Assembly: GCF_018977255.1 (NCBI RefSeq)
Contig: NW_024705278.1
Span: 1 to 57,067, forward strand
Length of the DNA: 57,067 bases
Direction: 5' to 3'
Source: Callorhinchus milii
Lineage: Eukaryota
Shown here: one piece after another, positions 1-12,056 of the stretch
How the letters are laid out: each line of letters starts with the position of its first letter
Numbering within the stretch: position 1 is the first letter of the stretch
Translations under genes and position numbers: made by a program
Notes under the pieces: model-generated
Told to the model about the DNA's origin: nothing
The model's database searches: none
What the model saw: the letters and a program-made list of their open reading frames with translations, nothing else

Positions 1-2639
1 GACGACGAAGAAACGGCCGCCGGCGCACGTCCTCCAGCGGCCACGTGGTGGTCCAACTTGAATCGCTGCGGCCGTTCTGCTGGGTTTTTCACCCTGGTGG
101 CCGGCGACGAGGCCGGATCGGCCACGCGGCAGGCCTGAAAGCGGTGAGCCTTCGAGTGGGGCTGAGCCGTCCGCCATTGGGGCCTGGCCCACGCTTCCCG
201 TCCTCTCCGACACGCGGCAGGGCGCCGCCATCTTGGGTGTGGTCGGGGAGGAACGGCGGGAAGCCACCATCTTGTCGCCGCGGCGGGAGCCACCGCCATC
301 TTCAATATTGCGGCGGAGAGGCGGCCGTGCGCTGCCATCTTGGAGGCGCCGTGTGGTGTGCAGCCTGCTGCTGAGCTGCTGTTTTGCGGGGAGGAGCCGC
401 GAGGAGAGGACGCCGACGCTGCTGCTGCTGGGTGGGAGCACTCCCGTCCTGGCTCGTGTGTGAGACACCGGAGCAGTCAAGGGAGGACGCCGCGCTCAGC
501 GTTCGAGTTCTGCGAGGCGTTTCAAGTTGCCACCCTGCCGTCCTCTGCTCGCTGCAGCCCGGGTGAGTCGTAACTATATGCTCCCAGCCCTAACACACAC
601 CTCACCATCTAGCGTGTGCCGGGGGGCGATTGTCATGTTTTGAGCGTACAGAGCGCGGTTCGGGCTGTGTGTGTGTGTGTGTTGACGATGGACCGCTATC
701 TGTTTGTTTGCTCAGTGTCAAATAGTGTGTGTGCGTTGTGGCGTGGAGTTGTTATCTTGATGGCGAAGTTAATTATCAATTCGGTTGTGTCGTGTATCCC
801 GCGCTGTACCATCCCGTGGGTTGCCGTGTGCGACGTGGTTAATTGAAAAAAAATATTTGGGTGTTGTTACTGCATGGTACGACTGAGTTAATGGTGTGTC
901 TGCCTGCAGCTCTGCTTGCTATTGTGCATGAATTTACGCTTGTGATCGCGATATGGTGACTGCATGTGCTGTATACACTGTTCTGTACGGATACGGAGTG
1001 CGGTGCATTGGTTGACCATTGGGTTCGGGAAAGTTATTAATTGTGCGTACCTATTAGGAAATTGTTCAAAATTCGGGGGGGACCCAAAAATTTGGTCGTA
1101 TGAGTGTTCATGCACACGAGATTGCGTGTGTGTTAAAGCAAATTTCGAGTGTTGAGAGATGGGGCCGTAAATTGCCGCCAAGTGGCGTCGCTCATTTTGT
1201 TGATTGCATGCGGCCAGGGTTTGCATTGCGAGTTGGTGTGTGTAAGCAAGTGTCTTGGTCAAATATGGGTAAAAATTCCCCCGATAAGACTGCTGTGCGC
1301 AGCGAGCTGCGGCTGTGCGTCCTATCGTTGGGGTTTGTTGTTGTATCTATGCCCTGTTTTCCGTTATTAATATTAAGAATCATTAAGAAAAAAAATAATT
1401 TCCTACATATATTTTTAAAATTTAACAATGAAAACAACTCACTTCTCACAAGCACACCAGGAATCTATGAAACATGAAGCGCCATTAAAACGATAAGAAT
1501 TCGGTCACAGAGAGGTCATAGACATCCAGATGGACAAAAAGATCGATGGACTAACCTCCCAAGACATCTGGAGATGTACAGATAAGGTGCAGAGTAAAGA
1601 ATAATAACGGTTGCAACTCGCGTTTTTTTTTTACGTTTTCCTTACTGAAAAGTAGAAACTTAACAAAAGAAGTAACCAACAAACAATAGGGGCTTTTTAT
1701 TAGTAATTATTTTATATTACTCGTACTCACCGCATACATATTATTTAGAATTATATGTTTCCTATTTACATGACCTTCCTAAAAACTAAAGAGTACAAAT
1801 TCCAGAAAGCTTAACTGAAACATAGTTACACTTAACCTCAGGACATTAAAAAAAATAACTCAGAATAAACACCAATCCCTGGAGAACTAAAATTGGCGAA
1901 ACCCTCAAATAATGATGTAACGAGGATCATTACGAATATTCATTAAACATAGACGAATGATTACCACGATACTAAGACCGAAGGAATCCATAAGATATCT
2001 CAAGAATAAATGTAACACACAGGACCACATAAATGTATTGCAAAATCTCCTCGACCACCTTTGTCTTCCAGCGGGGTGTGGCCTCTGAATGACCCACGCG
2101 GGGCAAGCAAGAAGGGAGCAAAAGGTCACAAGGGGGGGAGTTCGTGCTAACATTCCGAGAACATCTGTTTTTTTCTGTTTGTTTTCTCTCGCAAGAGACA
2201 CGGAGAGAGGAGAGGGTGTTCACGTTTTGAGTTAAACACGCGCAGGGTGCTCCGACGACAGAGTACGGCCGTCTTTGTCTCCCCGCAGCACGGACAGCAA
2301 GATTTGCACACGCGAGCAAATAACATTCCCCACCCCTCCTTCCAGAATGATTACACAGCTGTGTCTTTACTAATAAACACGCACACGACACACAACACAC
2401 ACGGACGCAGATGTGTTCACCCCCACAGGAAGATATATGACACGGCCTTTTGAACAACTCGGGAAAACTGAGTGGATTTTCCGATATAAGCCGAGGAAAA
2501 ATCCATTCAACTTAGATCGTCAGGGCTCTGGCCCCACACAGATCTCCACGGGGCTTCGGCCTCCATCTCTCCTCGTCGCCGCCAACGAAGAAGCTCTCGT
2601 CATCCCGAAGGACGAGGTTCGCGGGGTGGTGACGTGCAT

Positions 2640-2800
2640 CGCCAAGCCAAAGTGCTCGCCTGCCGTTCACGAGTCAACGAGCCTCAACCCCCTTGTCGTG
2701 CCGCCACGCCGAGGTGCTCGCCTGCCGCACACGAGTGAACGAGCTCAGCCCCCGACGTGCCGCCACGCCGAGGTGCTCGCCTACCGCGCAAACGAGCGCG
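2640..2800. repeat. ~60-bp imperfect tandem repeat, about 3 copies (CGCCACGCCGAGGTGCTCGCCT...)
   Basis: Units start near 2640, 2702 and 2761. Confidence 0.7.
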
Positions 2801-3540
2801 GCCGCGCCGTCAGTCATCGTACGGGGTCAGCCGAGGGAGGAGTCGGAAAGCGAGCCGCTCACCGCAGCCGCGCAAGCCAGAGGGTCCTCCGAAAGTCGTT
2901 CGTACCCACAACTTCCCCCACCCATAGACCCACACACGCACGCATCGACGCCCCACTCACCTGTGAGACTATCCTATCTATTTCACCCTTACCATCGTAT
3001 CAACCCTAGTCAATTATCAGAAGACTGATTATCAACTACATGAACCATCAGCTGGCCATGAGGAATCGCGGCCAATTGAGTTATTAAGAGTCCGTCGGTT
3101 ATAAGAGTGAGGTTATTTGCCTTGCCTTTTTCTTTTGTCCGTTCATCGCATAGGCGATCAATAGATTCGTTGAGGCACACTCAAACTCTCTGAATCCTCA
3201 TTTTGAATCGACCCATATATATAGAGAGAATATCTTGTCAAACCGGTTTTTTTTGTCAGAGAATCTCGCCGAGGAATTAATCAAAGCAGAGCCGATACTC
3301 TGTCTCACAACACGCATCCACCCACCCTTGTCTCAAACATTTCGTTAAAGGATTTTATACTTACCGATGAATCTATTGACATATACTTTCGCCTCTGGGA
3401 TATAATAAATTGCTTTTATTGCCTTCATACAATCGTCGCATGTCTGTTTTAAAACTCCGCCAGTCGCCGATTGTGCTCGATACATGGGGGAACTACTGAG
3501 ATGTCTGGTGCGAAAGTAGAAATTACGGTTGTTAGAAGAG

Positions 3541-3735
3541 TTTAGTCATTCATTTTCGTTAACTGCATAATCTCGCCAATGAATAAGAGTTTTTAGTCAT
3601 TCAATTTCGTTAATTGCATAATCTCACCAATGAATACATGTTTTTAGTCATTCATTTTAGTTAACTGTATAATCTCGCCAATGAAGTATGTTTAGTCATC
3701 CATTTTCGTTAATTGCATAATCTTACCCATGAATT
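3541..3735. repeat. 48-51-bp AT-rich tandem repeat, 4 copies (TTTAGTCATTCATTTTCGTTAACTGCATAATCTCGCCAATGAA)
   Basis: Units start at 3541, 3592, 3643 and 3691. Confidence 0.85.
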
Positions 3736-6003
3736 TATTGACGTATACTTGCTTTTGCATACTAGAGTGTTGTGTTTGTTTAGAATTAAAATTGCTTAAC
3801 ACCAAGTCTCGAGTGTTTCTTCCAAGTCCATGCAAAACTGTCTTATTCTTGAGAACTGTATCCTGTGATGAGATCTGAAACTGGAGACATAAAATAACAT
3901 AACACACACTAAGATAATCGGTAAATGTTTAATCAATGATAATCGTGTTATCCTGATTGAGATAACTCTGGATAAACTAAACTAAACTTAATTATCATAA
4001 CCGCTCGCATTAACATAATCACAAGCATCCGCATAAATTACTACGATTATCTCCGTGATTATCATAAATTTATGCATATAATTACAGACATAATTTATAC
4101 ATATTAATACACACTAACATAATTAATGCGATTTGTGCATTTTTAGGAAAATTATAATTTTTTATTATTTTTATCAAAATTTCATAACCCAACACATACA
4201 ACATTGTTAAACGTGACGGGGGATGTGTGTTGTGACCCCCAGCAAAGGGCAGCTGGGGTGCACGCACAGGGAAAACTGGCGACGCGGTCGAGCGTTGGGC
4301 CACCATTTTGAGCGCGCGCGGGAAATTGCGGGGATGCGCTTGGCGCAGAGGGCCGCCATTTTGAGCGCGCGGGAAAAACTTCGGTGGGGCGCTCGCGCGG
4401 GCCGCCACCATTTTGAGTATACACATCGAGCCGCGGGGATGTGGATATGGATATCATCCCTTGACTCTCGTGTTGCGCTCTAACTTGTGTGCGTGCATTG
4501 CGTGTTGTGTGCAATGCTGGCGTGTTGGCGCCCATCGGGGTAACAGCGTAGTGGCACGTGGCTGACTAAAGAGGGGCATTGTCATTGCACCATCATTTGG
4601 GACAGATGCTGGCTGGGTTCTATTCTGGGGCAAATATTTCATCAGTATATGCCTGCCATTGTTGAGTGGGTGATGCACGAGTTGTGGTCACATCGGCCTA
4701 TGGCCGATGGCTGACCTGACAGCCCGGAGGCGAGACACTCCGTGGTATGTCTCAAACTAATGGGCCGTGGGCTCATATGGTTCGGGGAGTCGTGGTTCAG
4801 TTGTGCGGTGGCAGACTGAACCTGGTGTGCCGGGGGCGCGCGGGATTCAGGAGTAGAGGTTCCGTTACGTGGCAGCGAACGGGGTGACCTGGCTAGCATG
4901 GGGCAGGGATTTCCCTTGCGGGTCCTCCAGCGGGAAGGGCCGCGGACTTGTTCTGCTCTGGGTTAGGGCGTTATTGAATGTGTAAGGGAACATTGCCCGT
5001 GGGGAGGTTGATGGGGTCTGGCCTTGCCGAGGGATGAATCTTCCCTTGGCTATAAAGCGTCAGACTATAAGATGCTGGTGTGTGTCCATCGCTGATGGGA
5101 TAGTAAGGGAGGAGCATGGCTGAGTTGTTGCTCGTCCCCGAAATTGCACTAGCCGAGTGTATGGTCAGTGGATGTTGCTGTGGTTGGACGACCACGGTGA
5201 GGGTGAAGGCGGGTTAAATGTTACCGCTGGGGAGCGTGGCTCTCTCCACGCGAGGGTGTGCGGCTGGGGGCTTTGTTGAGAGTGACAGTGGGTATATGCT
5301 GTGTACGTGAGATGTTTGTGCTGGTCCTCAAGGGAGGACTGCTGGTGGGCAAGAGCAGGAATTTTTGTTGTTGTCACGTGTAAATAATATTGTTTTTAAA
5401 ATGTAAATACTGGGGCATCCATCGCGTCTATTTTGGGTATTTATTGGGGTTTTCTTAAGCGGGCCGGATTTACATAATCTCCACTACCCTGGGGCCGGGT
5501 GGCTGTCGTGTACGACATGCGGATGTGCGTTGTTGTGCTGTGCCTCAGGGGGTTGGATTCTCCTTCTCGTCACAGATCTTCGGCGCCTGCCACACTGGGT
5601 GTTACCGGGTGTGCTAACCGGATGTGGACTTGAAGGGGAATTGAGCGCCCGTTCGTCACACTTGCTCTACCAGTTGCTCTCTGACGTTGGACTTGAGCCG
5701 AGCGGATGGAACAGCAACACGGACACGCTCTAAGACACCGCATTCCTGGGTTATGCGCGTCGGCCGTTCTTGCGTGTCGGTTGCCGTTGTTGTGCATTGT
5801 TCCATTCTTAATTCTTGTTGCTTGTTGTGCGGAGGACGGGCCGGTGTTCTGTACCGGATCCTGATCCCTCCCCGTTCGTTACTTGTGTTGTTATAATCTC
5901 CATTGTGTCTGGGGTGATTCCTGATTGTGATGCCTTCGCTCGCATTATTTTGTCCTGTTTTAGCCGAGGACGGCTGGATTTTTCTTTAGGGGGGGGGGGG
6001 TTA

Positions 6004-6466
6004 TGTAATGCGAGCATAAATGGGAAGGCCGGATGTGACGATCTGAGAGGGAGGAGTCAGGGTCACGTGGGTGAGAGGTTATAGGAGGGTGCCCGGAAGA
6101 GATCTGGGCTAGTTGAGGGAGTGAAGAGGCGAGACCACGTTGGGTGGCCGCCGTGCCATCAGCCGCGAGGCTGATAGGGCTTGGCACCCCGCCAGCTAGC
6201 GGTGTGCGGAGAGAGAGCGGAGTGTGCGGGGCGCACAGGGCGTGCGAGGTTGCACGGGGCTAGCAGAGTGGCTAGCAGGACCGTGCGGGTTGCACGGGGC
6301 TAGCGGAGCGTTCGAGGTTGCATGGGCAGCAGAGTGGCTGCAGCGTGTGCGGGGCGCGAGGAGAGACGACGCTGGGCCGAGGAGGAGGCCAGCGGGGTGC
6401 GGAGGAGAAGAATATAAATAAAGGACCAACGGAGAGTGACATCGTGTGAAGGAGTCCTTTATTACA
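6004..6466 (+). repeat. 3' LTR (463 bp)
   Basis: TG...CA termini with TGTAAT/ATTACA inverted repeat, AATAAA near the 3' end, homologous to 33691-34201, 47858-48363 and 51582-52082. Confidence 0.85.
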
Positions 6467-6828
6467 GAAACATGAATTGCTCATACGAATATTCTCTCTC
6501 TCAGAATCGACCGACTGATGTAGCAGACGAAATAGTAATCTTGTTGAACGATTCTAAACCTTGTCGCGGCAATGTTAGTTTTCTCTGTTCAAGGTTTTAT
6601 CAGTGTTTTGCAATGTTTTTACATTTAGTTTACTATTACACTGAATTCTATGGCATAATTAACTATTGTTGTGCTTAAAAATCTATTTATATACAGTTCG
6701 TAGGAGTCTGGAATGGATTAATCGTATTTACATACAATCCAATGGGGAAATTAAGTTCGAGTCACGACCAAATCGGGTTGTGACCAAAGTTATGGAACGA
6801 ATTATTGTCATGATCAGAGGTTCTACTG
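6467..6828. mobile_element. Right half of Tigger/pogo-like MITE split by the LTR insertion
   Basis: Ends in TIR GAGGTTCTACTG followed by TA. The intact element is seen at 14188-14966. Confidence 0.75.
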
Positions 6829-7316
6829 TACTTGAACTAAGTTACCCGGACTATGGAAGGCGAGGACATGTAATGAAGGGGTCTACAAACATTCTATTGG
6901 TGACATGCTGAGATAGTAACAGGCACGCCCTTACTGCCCGCGTTCCATCCAGTGTCTGAGGGGTTGCGCAATCAGAGGGGAGGCTGAGCGCGTCGCTGCC
7001 TCACCTCTCGTCTCTCCCTGTACTTGCAGCGAAGCTCCGCAAATTTGGCGATTTTGACTACAAATAAGTAATTAAGAAATTTTTTTTTTTAATACACGCT
7101 TTTATGAATGAAATGTACTAGTAATGGCAGAACTCCACGACTCCAGGAAGTGGCCCCGAAGCTTGCCATAACGTAAGGGACAGTGGCCAATTACATCCAA
7201 CGTTAGTCGACCGTGGGGACAATTAGACCCAAGCCGAAACATAACGTAAAAAAGATTGTTTAAAATTATTTTATTTAATGATAGAATATAGTATTGTCAT
7301 CAGTATAGCATAAGTA

Positions 7317-7365
7317 CAGTGAGGGAAAACGTATTTGATCCCTGCTGATTTTGTGCGTTTGCCCA
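7317..7365. mobile_element. ~50-bp Tc1 TIR tip fragment (also 15447-15497 and 24244-24294)
   Basis: TA+CAGTGAGGGAAAA.GTATTTGATCCC.TGCTGATTTTGTGCGTTTGCCCA matches the start of the Tc1 element at 29410, with the same upstream flank. Confidence 0.8.
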
Positions 7366-7745
7366 TCGTGGACAATTAGACCCAAGCCGAAACATAACAT
7401 ATGAAAAAGAATGTTTACAAATATATACAGATTTATAAAAAAAAAGTATTCAATTAAGTAGAACCAACGTGACTTTCCCGAAAAAACAAAGAGTATGAAT
7501 CCTTGCAGTCACGAAGCTTCAAATCTAGAATTAAGCAGAACGTTTTGTCTATACTCTATATGTATTTAAAGTTGTGCATTTTGATGTGATGTGACATTTC
7601 TCAAACCCCCACTCCCCTGGTCTCCTTTCTAATAAATCTTTTCTCCTACAACATCAGAGTGCAGCGCCACATTAAATACGCACTACAATGACAATAGTTT
7701 AAAGCGATTTGAAGCGTGTTTTTTTGGGGGGGGGGCAGAGCTTTG

Positions 7746-7942
7746 TGACGTCATATTTGAGGGGGGTCTGACTTTTTGTGACGAGGGGGGTCAAAAATCG
7801 GCCAAAATCACGTGACGTCATTTATGAACGGCCCCAATACGCAAAACTTGAACTCTGACCCCCGTTCTCTGACGTCACCACTAAGCATTACCTCATCGGT
7901 GTGAAACGCCAGGGGGGGCGGTGCGCCTCGTTAGTGACGTCA
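7746..7942. promoter_or_regulatory. Cluster of four perfect CRE palindromes (TGACGTCA) plus an E-box
   Basis: TGACGTCA at 7746, 7813, 7870 and 7935; CACGTG at 7809. The four CREs are retained in all four units. Function is inferred. Confidence 0.45.
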
Positions 7943-8305
7943 TGTCACCCCTGCTTGGTCACCGCCAATATCTGTTCGGTATAGTCCTTATTTGGGCAAA
8001 GCTATGCCCAGTGACTGGCGGCTCATTAACATAATCTAGGATCTAAGCTTTGGTGACTGCAGGAATTGCTCATTGGTTATTTCGGTAAAGAAATTAAATA
8101 AAAAATAAAATTAACATAATATATTCGTTAAAGCCGTCGCGAGTTTGTTTTTTATTGCGACGGGTTCAGCACCCACGCCCCATCATCCCTCGACGCGTGA
8201 CTTTACCGAAAGAGCCAATGAGTGTACAACGAGTTGAGTCATTCCTGCAGTTGACGAAAGCTTCAATTCTCGAATAAGTTATTCAGTTACCCAGCCTGCT
8301 CGTTG

Positions 8306-8406
8306 GGGGCGTGTCTTGTACCCCGGAAGTGAATATTACGTCACATCCTGCTGCCGCCATAACGTAGCGAGGTAACGAGAAGCTGCCGTTGAAATCCGAG
8401 GTGAGA
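8306..8406 (+). promoter_or_regulatory. Putative TATA-less core promoter and non-coding first exon of ZNF copy 1
   Basis: GC/KLF box GGGGCGTGTC 8306, ETS CCGGAAGTG 8323, ATF-type TTACGTCA 8336, partial YY1-like GCCGCCAT 8353, candidate splice donors AG|GTAACG 8372 and AG|GTGAGA 8401. Confidence 0.55.
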
Positions 8407-8735
8407 GATTTTCATCGTGGTGGTTGTTGTGGTTGTTGTTGTAGTTGTTGTTTACCAAGGTAGAGCCTCTCTCTCGTAGGGATGTCAATTGAGTCGCAGC
8501 GAGTATGGGAATCCATGTCCAGGTTGGGACATTACAACGTGGGGCTTAGTCACGCGGGGCCTCGCCTCCTGCCCTCGCCTGAAGGCCTTTGTTTGAATTC
8601 TCTCGCTTCAACTTGATCTGGAAGCTTTCGTGACGGCAGCAGAAATAAAATAAACGAAGAAACAACCAATTTAAGTTAGTTTTTTCATTTATTTTAGTTA
8701 TTTATTCATAATATTTTTTTTCATAATTTTTTTTT

Positions 8736-9640
8736 AGAGATACACACGTAGGCACAGAGAGAGAGATAAAACAGACAGGCATACATAGGCACACAGAGAG
8801 AGACACATAAGCACACAGAGAGAGAGACACACAGAGAGAGAGATAACACAGAGAGAGATAACACAGACAGAGAGATACACACATAGGCACACAGACACAG
8901 AGACACACACATAGGCGCACACATAATCAACAGCTCTGTGACAAGGCCTTAAATAGAGGGAGAAGGCGGCTGAGAGAGAGGGGGGGTAGAGAAATGAGCA
9001 TGGCAATGAGAGATTTGGAGCTTTCGTGACTGCAGGAAATATTACAACACGAGGGCACTTTCGGTTTTTATTTTATGTAACTAGGCCAAGCCCACTTGAG
9101 CTGCTGTACCGCTCTTATGATTTGAAGCTTTCGTGAGTGCAGGAATCCATACTCTTTGTTTTTTTCGGTAAAGTCACGTAGGAAGAAAAAATAGGTAATA
9201 GCATACGACGTTTCCTTTGCAACACGAGCAATCACCATCAGGTACAAATGAATGAGAAAGCAAAGCTTTCAATCGAAATTTAAAGCAAAGCTTGTAAACT
9301 TGAACTATACTCTTTGGTTTTTTCGGTCAAGTTATGTAGGTATAAAATTAAATAAACTTATAACTACAATGCAATACAACACAGAGAGTCGGCTAAGATA
9401 AGTCAACTCCCCACCTGGTTTATTAACGTTCTTCCAAAGATTGATACATTTGAGAGAGAGAACTAAACACAGACACGGAGACACACAGACACATACACAC
9501 AAGCAGAGAGAGATAACACAGACACACAGAGAGAGACACACAGAAGCAGAGAGATAACACGAGAGACAGAGAGAGAGACACACACAGGCACACAGAGAGA
9601 AAGCACAGACAGAGACACACACATAGGCACACACAGAAAC
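8736..9640. repeat. Two compound (CA)/(GA) low-complexity tracts (~8736-8925, ~9466-9640), each followed by a duplicated ~250-bp segment
   Basis: Visible ACACAGAGAGAGATAACACA-type repeats. Segment ~8944-9200 is repeated at ~9655-9900. Confidence 0.85.
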
Positions 9641-10689
9641 AACACCTGTGTTGAGGCCTTAAATAGAGAGAGAGGGGGGGGGTAGAAAAATGAGCATGGC
9701 AATGAGAGATTTGGAGCTTTCGTGACTGCAGGAAATACTACAACACGAGGACACTTTCGGTTTTTATTTTATGTAACCAGGCCAAGCCCGCTTGAGCTGC
9801 TATACCGCTCTTATGATTTGAAGCTTTCGTGAGTGCAGGAATCCATATTCTTTGATTCTTTCGGTAGAGTCACGTAGGTAGAAAATTTAATAAATCACGA
9901 CGTTTTGGGCGCAATACAAGCGTCCGCTCTTGTTTTCCGAAGCGACCTGCCCGCACAACAAAGGTGGGCTTTGTCAACGTGTGGAAATGACTATCGGTCA
10001 AAGGCTCTAAACGCGTGCTGATATTCACTTTTAAATGTGGAGGGGATCTGGAGGAAAATCCACGCCACCACAGAGAGAGAGGGAGACACGCAAACTCAGC
10101 CGTGTTGATTTCATCCTGAATTATTTGGTGGAGTGAGGAAGCATTGAAAACGTTTTGGTTTAGCCATGTTTGTTTTTTTGTAGTACACAGTTAGCCTGAT
10201 AACTTTAATCTAAATTGTCCTATGGTTGTTTTTGTTGACTTGCATCCCACTGGGATTTTCTGCATAAAGCGTTGAAATGCGGTGTTTTTTCTGCAGTTTT
10301 TTCCTGGAATTTTCTGTTGCGTGTAGTCACTTTAAGATGTTTCTTGTTCACGTTTTTGTTAGTTGCGTTTGCCCCCGAGTCAAGAGCCACATGGCTCACG
10401 GGGTTATCTATATATAAAAGGGAAATTTGTGAATGTTTAGCATACTTTCCGACATGCAACAAACTTGAAATTTGGCATGTAGGTACCTTCCAGACTGTAC
10501 ACAATGCAAAAAGTATGAAAATTGACTTTTGCATTTTTCTGGGGGGGGGGGTGGGTGGGGCGCAATAATGGATATATTTTGCACGGCAAGTGAGCGGTGA
10601 CCTCACGTCTGTGATGTCACCCGCATGCGGCAGCGTCACGTTGTGTGCATTCTGACGTTACGCATCCCCCACCCCCATCCTCCGCGTAG

Positions 10690-10735
10690 GCCGTGGATTC
10701 ATTCAAGACAAGAATCCAAGTCTCGGCGAAGCCAG
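10690..10735 (+). other. Candidate small internal 5'UTR exon (also 19537-19583, 27910-27956, 56431-56477)
   Basis: Upstream CTGAC branch-like motif, C-rich tract, TAG| acceptor and |GTAGTA donor conserved in all four units. No transcript evidence. Confidence 0.35.
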
Positions 10736-11811
10736 GTAGTAAAGCTAGTACCTAATAAATGAAACTGAAACATTAATACTGAGCAGATGAAGGTGTGTGG
10801 CCAGGCATGGTTCTGGACACGCCACCACCTATTTAACGCGGCAGTGTGTGGCAGTGTCAAGTTTGTGTTTGCAGTAAAGTCTATTAACTCTTGAACACGG
10901 AGGATATATGAAAACAATGGTTTATGTTTTTTGTTTTCATCTGGAACTCTTTATGAGAATGGAAGCAGTCAGGAAGTTGACACAGCACACATACAGCTGA
11001 CGTTAGATCTGTTCATCCCAGCATTCAAGGAAATCGGAGCCTGGCTTCACACCTCTAATTTTCAATTGAACATGAATTTATGCATAACACAAGTAGTATT
11101 ATTTTCAACACCCTTTGCTATGTCAGCTGAATTTAGCTCTTATGAATATTCATTTTGTAGCCAGACAGCCAAAATTGTGTGCTTGGAGTTTTGGGTTAAC
11201 ATTCATTTTGAAGATACGAGGGCTTCCAGGAATGTTTATGACCATTTGCCCTCTCATAGTGCGCCATAACAGCCCGTGTGATGAATTTCGGTAACTTTTT
11301 AACTCTATCATGAATATATGAATACATATAGACATGTTAGTCATGTGTGACTGTGTTTATATATACTCTTTGGTTCTTTCGGTAAAGTCACATAGGTAGA
11401 AATAAAATAAGTAATATTTTTAAAAACTCTTTTAAAAACACGCTTTAATGAAATGTACTAGTAATGAAAGAACTCCACGACTCCAGGAAGTGGCCCCGAG
11501 GCTTGCCATAACGTAAGCGACCGTGGTCAATTACAGCCAACGTCAGTTTACCGTGGACAATTAGACCCAAGCCGAAACATAACATGTAAAAATATTGTTT
11601 AAAAGAAAATGTTAATGATAGAATATAGTATCGTCATCAGTATGGCATAAGTATACTAAGTTTGCAGTCGATACCACATTGGGAAGTGGGTTAAAATGTA
11701 GTTAGAAGATTTCAGGATACAACAATGACAAAAATGACAACAACAGACAGAGCGAGTTAAATGAAAGCGTGTATTAAAATAAATCACAGCAGACATCTCA
11801 GATATCGCGAT

Positions 11812-11934
11812 TTCACCCGAAGACGAACGCTTGTGTTGCATTCGAAACATCGTCATTTATGTTATTTTTACCTACGTGACTTTACCGAAAGAACCATAGA
11901 GTATGTATTCATGCAGTCATGAAAGCTTCAAATC
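11812..11934 (+). mobile_element. Degenerate Penelope-like pLTR fragment with decayed hammerhead core
   Basis: TTCAC-CCGAAGA-CGAACGC..GCATTC-GAAACATCGT followed by CCTACGTGACTTTACCGAAAGAACC...GAAAGCTTCAAATC, homologous to the 16586-16850 element. Confidence 0.6.
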
Positions 11935-12056
11935 AAGATTGTGTACATATATATATGCGTATATTCATTCTTCTGTGCCTCGATACTGACTTGTAGATGT
12001 TATTTTCTGTCTGCAGCTGTCGCTTCCTCTGACGCTTCCTCTGCAGAATTGGTCTG

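Larger units (their letters stand above)
1339..4203. mobile_element. 2865-bp TG..CA insertion of unknown class (large solo LTR or Ginger-like DNA element) nested in the LTR element
   Basis: Absent from the paralogous copy (empty site GGGGGTTGTTAAAACG at ~49805-49820). Termini are TGTTGTAT/ATACAACA (8-bp inverted repeat), with 4-bp TSD TTGT at 1335-1338 and 4204-4207. Confidence 0.75.
1..6466 (+). mobile_element. Non-autonomous LTR retroelement, copy 1 (5' part outside window; internal region plus 3' LTR)
   Basis: Position 1 aligns with 34294 and 48456 in the other copies. A poly-G PPT (~5988-6000) precedes a 3' LTR at 6004-6466 (TGTAAT...ATTACA), followed by TSD GAAA at 6467-6470. No recognisable gag/pol ORF. 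Confidence 0.85.

Noticed and set aside
2413-3009. 198-aa ORF in the 2.9-kb insert
   Set aside because: Overlaps a GC-rich tandem repeat and has no recognisable domain.
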